This document shows, in pieces, positions 57,077 through 64,000 of a DNA stretch of 64,000 nucleotides (position 1 is its first letter; every line of letters begins with the position of its first letter). The notes beneath the pieces were generated by a model that worked only from the letters and a program-made list of their open reading frames with translations, was not told the DNA's origin and made no database searches. Source of the DNA: Acidobacteriota bacterium (GTDB lineage Bacteria > Acidobacteriota > Polarisedimenticolia > Gp22-AA2). Where the stretch lies: positions 65,904 to 129,903 of the forward strand of contig QHXX01000018.1 of the NCBI GenBank assembly GCA_003223135.1. Reading direction: 5' to 3'. Made by a program: the position numbers and the translations under genes.

Positions 57077-57993
57077 CTCCAGACGACCACCTCGGTCTCG
57101 AGCACGATGCCTGTCCTCCTGCCCACCTCGTCGCGCACCCTGTCGATCAGCGCCGCAACCTCGCCATAGTTCGCGCCGCCCCGGTTGACGATGAAATTGG
57201 CGTGCACGTCCGAGACGATCGCCCGGCCGACGGCGAGCCCCTTCAGGCCGCTCTCGTCGATGAGCCGCCCCGCGTGCCCGCCCGGCGGATTCTTGAAGAT
57301 GCAGCCGGCGTTCTTCGCCCCCGTCGGCTGGCTGCCCACGCGGTGGTCGTGATAGACGCGCATCCTTTCCCGGACGAGCGCCGGGTCCTCGGGCCTCAGG
57401 CGCAGGGTCGCGGCGGCCACGAAGCGGTCGCCGACGCCCGGACTCTTGCGGTACTCGAACGTCCCGGGGCCGGCCACGACCTCGTCGACCTGTCCCCGGC
57501 GGGAGATCGCCGTGAACGTGGCGACGGCATGGCCGAACATCCCCTCGTGCCAGCCGGCATTCATCCGCAGAGAGCCGCCGACGCTCCCCGGGATCCCCTC
57601 GGCGAACTCGATCCCGGACAGACCCGCGGACGCCGCACGCTTGACCAGTCGCGGCACCGGATACCCCGCCCCCACGCGCACCGTCTCCTTCTCGATCACG
57701 GGCTCCGCGTCGAGGCCCTGGGAAGAAATCACCACGAACGACGGTCCCTCGTCCGCCACCAGGAGGTTCGAGCCGGCTCCCAGGAAGTCGAACGGCACGG
57801 AGGCGGCGGCCAACCGGCGCATCACCTGCGCCAGGTCCTCGACGCGCTCCGGAACGAGGACGATGCGGGCGGGGCCGCCGACGCCGAGCGAGGTGCGCGC
57901 GCGCAGAGGCACGTCGCGCAGCACGCGGACGGAGGACTCGCCCAGGATCGCCTCCGCCTCCGCCACCCAGTCCTTCGCCGCCACCATCAGCAC
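57073..57993 (-). CDS. murB: UDP-N-acetylenolpyruvoylglucosamine reductase
   Basis: FAD-binding SLGVGGPARIVLVP, GAGSNLLV, C-terminal GAKNAGCIFKNPPG. Confidence 0.85.
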   Translation of the reverse strand: MLMVAAKDWVAEAEAILGESSVRVLRDVPLRARTSLGVGGPARIVLVPERVEDLAQVMRRLAAASVPFDFLGAGSNLLVADEGPSFVVISSQGLDAEPVIEKETVRVGAGYPVPRLVKRAASAGLSGIEFAEGIPGSVGGSLRMNAGWHEGMFGHAVATFTAISRRGQVDEVVAGPGTFEYRKSPGVGDRFVAAATLRLRPEDPALVRERMRVYHDHRVGSQPTGAKNAGCIFKNPPGGHAGRLIDESGLKGLAVGRAIVSDVHANFIVNRGGANYGEVAALIDRVRDEVGRRTGIVLETEVVVWR

Positions 57994-58000
57994 CGCCGCC

Positions 58001-59390
58001 TCAATGCCCCGGTGACCCGGCCGCGTTCAACACCTTCAGGAACTCGTCGCCGGCCTTGTAGACGCTCCCGGCGCCCATCGTGACCACCATGTCGCCGTCC
58101 CTGGCCCGCTCCAGAAGCCACTCGGGAACCTTCTTCAGGTCCTTCACCAACGTCACGTCCTTGTGACCGTGCGTCTTGATCGCCTGCGCCATCCCCTCGG
58201 CCGTGACGCCTGGAATCGGGGCCTCGCCGGCCGGATAGATGTCGCACACCGCCAGGACATCGGCGTCGTAGAAGGAGCCGGCGAATTCGCCGAGAAGCGC
58301 CTTGACGCGCGTGTAGCGGTGCGGCTGGAACACGACCACCGTACGCCGCCCGAAGGACTTCTTCGCGGCGGCCAGGGTGGCCAGGATTTCCGACGGGTGG
58401 TGCCCGTAGTCGTCGATCACCATGATCCCCCGGCTCTCGCCCTTGAGCTGGAAGCGGCGATCGGCGCCGGAGAAGTGCTGGAGCTCCGCGGCGATGGTCT
58501 CGAACGGCACTTCCAGATCGAGCCCGCAGGCGATCGCCGCGAGGGAGTTCGCGATGCTGTGCCGGCCCGGCACGCGCAGGCCGACCCGCCCAAGCTTCTT
58601 TCCCTGCAGCAGCACCGTGTAGGCCGCCGTGAATCCGTGGAGCTCGATGTCGGACGCCGAGAGATCGGCCTGCGCCGAGAACCCGTAGGTCACGACACGG
58701 CGCGACAGGCGCTTTAGGATCTCCTGCACGCCCGGATCGTCGAGACAGACGATCCCGACCCCGTAGAACGGCACCTTGTTCAGAAAGTCGGCAAAAGCGC
58801 TCTGGAGCCGCGGCAGCTCGCCGTAGTGGTCGAGGTGCTCGGCGTCGATGTTGGTCACGACGGCGATGGTCGGCGTGAGGCGCAGGAACGATCCGTCGCT
58901 CTCGTCCGCCTCGGCGACCAGGAGATCGCCGCGCCCCAGCTTGGCGTTGCTCCCGAGGACACCCAGGCGTCCTCCGATGATGATCGTCGGGTCGAGACCG
59001 GCGCCCGACAGGACCTGGGCCACCATCGAGGTGGTGGTGGTCTTGCCGTGCGAGCCGGCGATGGCGATGCCGTACTTGATGCGCATCAGCTCGGCCAGCA
59101 TCTCGGCGCGCGGGATGACCGGGATCTGCCGGCGGCGGGCCTCCAGGACCTCCGGGTTGTCCGACCGCACCGCGGAGGAAACGACGACGACGTCAGCGTC
59201 GCCGACGTTCTCGGCCGTGTGGCCGCGGGTGACACGCCCCCCCAGGGTCCGCAGGCGCTGCACCGTCGCCCCCTCCTCGAGGTCGCTGCCCGTCACCTGG
59301 TAGCCGAGGTTGATCAGCACCTCGGCGATGCCGCTCATGCCGATGCCCCCGATTCCCACGAAATGAATGCGGCGCGTCTTACGGAGCATC
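58001..59390 (-). CDS. murC: UDP-N-acetylmuramate--L-alanine ligase
   Basis: [38 protein letters not shown]; start MLRKTRR at 59390 (the ORF extends to 59539). Confidence 0.9.
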
Positions 59391-59432
59391 ACCAAGGCCT
59401 TCGCCTCCCGCGCGCGTAAGCACCCGCACGTC

Positions 59433-60509
59433 TCACGCCAGCATCTCCTCGACCATGTCCACGATGCGCGCGGCGGCGTCCGGGCGCGCCAGGGACGCGG
59501 CGGAGCGCTCCATCGCCACGACGCGCCCCGGGTCTTCACGGAGCCTCAGGATCGTCTTCGCCAGCTCCTCGCCGGCAAGGGACGATTCCTCCATCAGGAG
59601 GGCCGCGCCCGCCTCCTCGAGCTTGCGCGCGTTGTAGCGCTGGTGGTCGTGGGCGGAGGTCGGGAGCGGTACTAAGATCGAGGCCTTGCCGCAGGCGGCG
59701 ATCTCCGACACGCTGCTGGCTCCGGCGCGGGCGATCACCAGGTCCGCCCACTCGTACGCCTCGCGGATGTTCGTGATGTACGGCACCACATTCGCCTCGA
59801 ATCCGTGTCCCGAGTAGGCCGCCGACAGGCGTTCATGGTCGCGGGCGCCCGTCCCGTGCCAAAACCGCAGACCGAGCCTGTGCGCCCTCAAGTGGGGGAG
59901 TGCGTCGACGACAGCGCCGTTGATCGCCTTGGCCCCCTGACTGCCGCCGAAGACGAGGATATTGAAGGTGTCGCCCCGCGCCTTGCGCCTCGCCCCCCTG
60001 AAGGCGGCGCGGATCGGGTTGCCGGTCGGCTCGCCGCGCCCGCCGAAGTAGTGCCGGGTCTCCTCGAACGACACCGCCACCCTGCGCACCCACGGTGCCA
60101 GGAGCCGGTTGGTCAGCCCCGGGTAGTAGTTCTGCTCGTGAATGAGGGCGGGCAGGCGCAGCATCACCGCCGCCATCACCATGGGTCCGGAGGCGTAGCC
60201 GCCGACCCCGATCACCACCTTCGGCCTCAGCCGCATGAGTGTCCGGATCGACTGGGCGAAGCCGGCCATCGCCCGGCCGATCCCCCGCATCCTCCCGGCC
60301 AGAGATTTGCCCACGATCCCGCCGCTCTTGATGGCGACGAGACGAAAGCCGTGGGGCTCGAGGATGTCACGCTCGAGCTTCGTGCCCGCTCCCGCGAACA
60401 CGATTTCGACGCCCCGGCGCCGCGCCGCGAGTTCCTCGGCGATCGAGATGCCGGGGTACAGGTGGCCGCCGGTCCCGCCACCGGCGATGACGATCGTCTC
60501 GGCCGCCAC
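59433..60509 (-). CDS. murG: UDP-GlcNAc:undecaprenyl-PP-MurNAc-pentapeptide GlcNAc transferase
   Basis: [24 protein letters not shown]28 C-terminal FGGSQGA; GTG start ~60509 avoids a deep overlap with ftsW. Confidence 0.85.
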   Translation of the reverse strand: MAAETIVIAGGGTGGHLYPGISIAEELAARRRGVEIVFAGAGTKLERDILEPHGFRLVAIKSGGIVGKSLAGRMRGIGRAMAGFAQSIRTLMRLRPKVVIGVGGYASGPMVMAAVMLRLPALIHEQNYYPGLTNRLLAPWVRRVAVSFEETRHYFGGRGEPTGNPIRAAFRGARRKARGDTFNILVFGGSQGAKAINGAVVDALPHLRAHRLGLRFWHGTGARDHERLSAAYSGHGFEANVVPYITNIREAYEWADLVIARAGASSVSEIAACGKASILVPLPTSAHDHQRYNARKLEEAGAALLMEESSLAGEELAKTILRLREDPGRVVAMERSAASLARPDAAARIVDMVEEMLA

Positions 60510-60523
60510 GTCCGGGGGCAGGC

Positions 60524-61618
60524 CTACGACGAATGCTGCGAAATGTTCAGCAGCACCCCGAGGGCGCACAGGCTGACGACCAGGCTCGAGCCCCCGTACG
60601 ACAGGAACGGCAGCGGGATCCCCTTCGTCGGCATCAAACCCAGCGTCACGGCCATGTTCAGCATCGCCTGCACGACCAGCCAGATCGTAATCCCCATCCC
60701 GAGGTAATAACCACCGCGGTCCGGGGCGCCGGCCGCCGCCACGACGCCGCGCCAAAACAGTACGCCGAACGCGACGATCACCGCCGCGGCCCCGATGAGC
60801 CCCAGCTCTTCGGAGATCACCGAGAACACGAAATCGGTGTGCGGCTCCGGCAGGAAAAACAGCTTCTGACGGCTCTCCCCGACGCCCTGGCCGTGCAGTC
60901 CGCCGCTGGCCACCGCCAGGATCGACTGGCGCACCTGGAAGCCGGCCCCCAGCGGGTCGTCGTCCGGGTTCATGAAGGACAGGATGCGGCGCACGCGGTA
61001 CGGCGCCTGCAGGATCAGGAGACCGATCGCCAGGGCGCAGGCGCCGCCGCTGAACACGAGGTAGCGCCAGCGCAGCCCGGCGAGAAACAGAAGCACGATC
61101 GCCAGGAGGACGTAGATTGCCGCCGTACCGAGGTCGGGCTGCAGGTACACCAGGAGGGCGAGCTGCCCGACCACGACGACGCAGGGGATGATCGTGCCGA
61201 CGACGTCGTTGACCCGCGCCTCCTTGCGCGCCATGAGATACGCCAGGAACAGGATGAGCGCCAGCTTGCCGATCTCGGACGGCTGGATCTGCACCGGCCC
61301 CAGGACGATCCAGCGATGGACCTGGTGCGCACGGTCGGAAGCCAGGGCCACGATCAGAAGCACCGTGCTCGCGAGGATGCCGAAGTAGACCACCGGCCGC
61401 TTCAGGAGGCGGCGGTAGTCGACGTGCATCGCCACGATCATGCCGCCGATGCCGAGGGCGGCGGCGATCGCCTGTTTCACCAGGAACAGGTGGGCGTTGC
61501 CGAAGCGCTCCAGGGCGATGACCGCCGAGGCGCTGTAGATCATCACCAGACCGAACAGGGTGAGGCCGATCCCCACGCCGAAGAGCGTCTTGTCGAAGGC
61601 CAGCTTGCGCGCCATCAT
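60524..61618 (-). CDS. ftsW: Peptidoglycan glycosyltransferase FtsW (SEDS family)
   Basis: 10-TM SEDS pattern (LFGVGIGLTLFGLVMIYSAS; PSEIGKLALILFLAYLM; LGTAAIYVLLAIV). ATGATG start overlaps murD stop (ATGA). Confidence 0.85.
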   Translation of the reverse strand: MMARKLAFDKTLFGVGIGLTLFGLVMIYSASAVIALERFGNAHLFLVKQAIAAALGIGGMIVAMHVDYRRLLKRPVVYFGILASTVLLIVALASDRAHQVHRWIVLGPVQIQPSEIGKLALILFLAYLMARKEARVNDVVGTIIPCVVVVGQLALLVYLQPDLGTAAIYVLLAIVLLFLAGLRWRYLVFSGGACALAIGLLILQAPYRVRRILSFMNPDDDPLGAGFQVRQSILAVASGGLHGQGVGESRQKLFFLPEPHTDFVFSVISEELGLIGAAAVIVAFGVLFWRGVVAAAGAPDRGGYYLGMGITIWLVVQAMLNMAVTLGLMPTKGIPLPFLSYGGSSLVVSLCALGVLLNISQHSS

Positions 61619-63003
61619 GACCTCGGCAGAAGGCGGAGGACGAGGCGGCGGAAATCCTCGCCGCGCTCCTCGAAACCGGTGTACTGGTCGAACGAGGCGC
61701 AGGCCGGCGCCAGGAGGACGACGCTGCCCTCCTCGGCGACCTGCCGCGCTGCCTCGACGGCCTCCGACATGCTCACGACCTTCGTCGTCGGGACGATCGT
61801 TCCGAGCTGCGCCGCGATCACGTCGCGCGCCTTTCCCATGAGCACCAGGTGCGCCACCCGCTCGCGTATGAGCGGGATGAGCCGCGGGAAGTCGCCTCCC
61901 TTGTCCTTGCCGCCCAAAATGAGCACGACCCTGCCCGGGAAGCTCTCCAGCGACTTGATCGTCGCGCTCACGTTCGTGGCCTTGGAGTCGTTGTACCAGG
62001 TCACGCCGCCGACGTGGAGTACCTTCTCGAGCCGGTGCGGCAGGCCGCGGAAGCCCGCAAGGGCGCGCTCGGCGCGCGGCAGGGGGACGCCGCACAGGTC
62101 GGTGACGAGCAGGGCGGTCATGACGTTTTCGACGTTGTGCGCCCCGAACAGCGGGATCGAGGCGAGGGAGATCGCCCGGATGTCGCGACCATCCCTGCGG
62201 ACCACGATCCGATCGTCCCTCAAGCAGGCCCCATCCTCGACCGTGGTCGCGCGGCTGAACGGGTGGACGTGCGCCTTGAGGGTCTTCGCCAGACCCCAGA
62301 CCTCCTCGTCGTCACGATTCAGGATGGCGTGGTCGGCCCTCCCCTGGTTCCTGAAGATGCGGGCCTTGGCCTGGTAGTACGGCACGGGGTCCGGGTAGCG
62401 GTCCTGATGGTCGGGGGACAGGTTCAAAAGCGCGGCGATCCAGGGGCGGAAGGTGTCGATGCCTTCGAGCTGGAACGACGAGAGCTCGACGACGTAGTAG
62501 TGATCGGGCGCGTCCTTCGGGATCAGGTCGGTCAGGGGCAGCCCGATGTTGCCGCAAGCGGTCGCCCGGAGGCCGGCCTGCGCGAGCAGATGCGCCGTCA
62601 GCGCCGTCGTCGTGCTCTTCCCGTTCGTGCCGGTGATGCCGATCAGGATCCCCTGCAGGAACCACGAGGCGAGCTCGACCTCGGCCACCACGCGCACGCT
62701 CCTGCGCCTCGCCTCGGCGATCGGCTCGATGGTAAGCGGGACGCCGGGGCTGACGGCGACGAGATCGGCCGAGGTGAAGCTCGTCACGTCGTGTCCGCCG
62801 AGCTCGAGTCTCGCCCCTGCGCGCCCGAGGGTTCCGACCTCCGCGCCGAGGTTTTCGAGCGGCTTGAGGTCCGTCAGGACAACGGACGCCTGGCGCGACA
62901 CCAGGAAGCGCGCCATCGCCACGCCGCTTTTCGACGCGCCGACCACGACGACACGACTGCCGGCGAGGCGGGGCGGGGTCGGGGGCCTGGGGAGCGCGCT
63001 CAT
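61615..63003 (-). CDS. murD: UDP-N-acetylmuramoylalanine--D-glutamate ligase
   Basis: VVVVGASKSGVAMARFL, GITGTNGKSTTTAL, Mur-ligase C-domain. Confidence 0.9.
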   Translation of the reverse strand: MSALPRPPTPPRLAGSRVVVVGASKSGVAMARFLVSRQASVVLTDLKPLENLGAEVGTLGRAGARLELGGHDVTSFTSADLVAVSPGVPLTIEPIAEARRRSVRVVAEVELASWFLQGILIGITGTNGKSTTTALTAHLLAQAGLRATACGNIGLPLTDLIPKDAPDHYYVVELSSFQLEGIDTFRPWIAALLNLSPDHQDRYPDPVPYYQAKARIFRNQGRADHAILNRDDEEVWGLAKTLKAHVHPFSRATTVEDGACLRDDRIVVRRDGRDIRAISLASIPLFGAHNVENVMTALLVTDLCGVPLPRAERALAGFRGLPHRLEKVLHVGGVTWYNDSKATNVSATIKSLESFPGRVVLILGGKDKGGDFPRLIPLIRERVAHLVLMGKARDVIAAQLGTIVPTTKVVSMSEAVEAARQVAEEGSVVLLAPACASFDQYTGFEERGEDFRRLVLRLLPRS

Positions 63004-63010
63004 CGCATCC

Positions 63011-64000
63011 CTATCGGAGTTTGAGGGTGGACAGCCCGATAAGCGAAAAGATGATGGCGATGATCCAGAAACGGATCACGACCTTCTGCTCCGGCCAGCC
63101 CGCGAGCTCGAAGTGGTGGTGGATCGGCGCCATCCTGAAAATCCGCTTACCTCGCAGCCGGAACGATGCAACTTGGAGGATCACCGACAGCGCCTCCACG
63201 ACGAACAACCCGCCGACGAAGACCAGGAGGATCTCCTGCTTGATCACGACGGCGACGGTCCCGAGAGTGGCCCCGATCGCCATCGAACCGACGTCTCCCA
63301 TGAACACCTCGGCCGGATTGCAATTGAACCAGAGAAAGCCGAGCGAGGCGCCGACCAGCGCACCGCAGATGATCGCCAGCTCCCCGCTGCCCTTGACGTT
63401 CGGCACGTCGAGGTAGCCTGAGACCTTCGCGTGCCCCGCGATGTAGGCGAGGATGGCGTAGGTCCCCGAGGCCACGAGAGACGAGCCGATCGCCAGGCCG
63501 TCCAGCCCGTCGGTCAGGTTGACCGCGTTCGCCGCTCCGACGATCACCAGCATCGCCCAGACAACGTACCAGCCGCCGAGATCGGGCGTCCACTTCTTGA
63601 AGAACGGGAACGAAAACTGCGTCGTGTAGCGCCCTTGGTCGGCGAGCCACAGGAGCCACAGGCCGAGCACGAGCGCCACGGCGATCTGAAGAGCCATCTT
63701 CTGTCTGAAAGTCAGCCCGAGGGACCTCTTCCGGGTGATCTTGAGGTAGTCGTCGGCGAAGCCGATGACCCCGTAGAGGAGCATGGATACGAGAACCATC
63801 CACACAAAGGGATTGGTGAGATCTGCCCAGAGAAGGGAGGGGAGCACCACCGCGATCAGGATGAGGAGCCCCCCCATGGTGGGTGTACCTTTCTTGGTTT
63901 GGTGGGAAAGAGGTCCCTCGGGTCTGATTTGCTGCCCAATTTGGAACTCGCGCAGTCTTCTGATCAAACCGGGTCCGAGGGCCAGGCTGATCAGAAGGGC
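63011..64000 (-). CDS. mraY: Phospho-N-acetylmuramoyl-pentapeptide transferase MraY (N-terminus beyond window end)
   Basis: [24 protein letters not shown], DDxxD-region FVGLIVPHSARL..., HHHFEL; the reading frame continues past 64000. Confidence 0.85.
   Translation of the reverse strand, partial: ALLISLALGPGLIRRLREFQIGQQIRPEGPLSHQTKKGTPTMGGLLILIAVVLPSLLWADLTNPFVWMVLVSMLLYGVIGFADDYLKITRKRSLGLTFRQKMALQIAVALVLGLWLLWLADQGRYTTQFSFPFFKKWTPDLGGWYVVWAMLVIVGAANAVNLTDGLDGLAIGSSLVASGTYAILAYIAGHAKVSGYLDVPNVKGSGELAIICGALVGASLGFLWFNCNPAEVFMGDVGSMAIGATLGTVAVVIKQEILLVFVGGLFVVEALSVILQVASFRLRGKRIFRMAPIHHHFELAGWPEQKVVIRFWIIAIIFSLIGLSTLKLR

Noticed and set aside
60533-63024. 614-aa and 391-aa plus-strand ORFs opposite ftsW/murD
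   Set aside because: Antisense to SEDS and Mur-ligase genes with clear motifs. His/Arg/Asp-rich nonsense.

Overview
High-GC (~68-70%) chromosomal segment from a Gram-negative (diderm) bacterium, phylum not determinable from sequence alone (Acidobacteriota- or Myxococcota-like composition). Almost entirely protein-coding; no rRNA, tRNA, CRISPR or obvious mobile element was seen. The ends are housekeeping: 5' end mfd (partial), two SurA-like PPIases, an Hfq-like Sm protein, pdxA, suhB-like IMPase, xerC/D, pckA; 3' end a dcw cell-division cluster (mraY partial, murD, ftsW, murG, murC, murB, ftsQ, ftsA, ftsZ) with a REC-GGDEF diguanylate cyclase as its last gene. The middle carries accessory-looking modules: (i) ~19.5-27.3 kb, a synthase-dependent exopolysaccharide locus (TPR + TIM-barrel glycoside-hydrolase-like protein, PgaA-like TPR/beta-barrel exporter, stand-alone receiver domain, membrane-anchored HEAT-repeat protein, PgaC-like processive GT2 with QRNRW motif), apparently without PgaB deacetylase or PgaD; this is the best candidate for an undescribed system. 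(ii) An S8 subtilase with a C-terminal array of seven [GS]LIW motifs, followed by a polytopic membrane protein and an HD-GYP-GAF-GGDEF(SGDEF) protein. (iii) A mixed metal-uptake operon (FecCD permease, FecE ATPase, OM porin, TroA/ZnuA-like SBP, ABC-3 permease) downstream of an S2P/CBS protease. (iv) Trehalose genes (otsBA, GH15) and an AmgK-like kinase plus NDP-sugar pyrophosphorylase pair. Many long antisense ORFs are GC-shadow artefacts.
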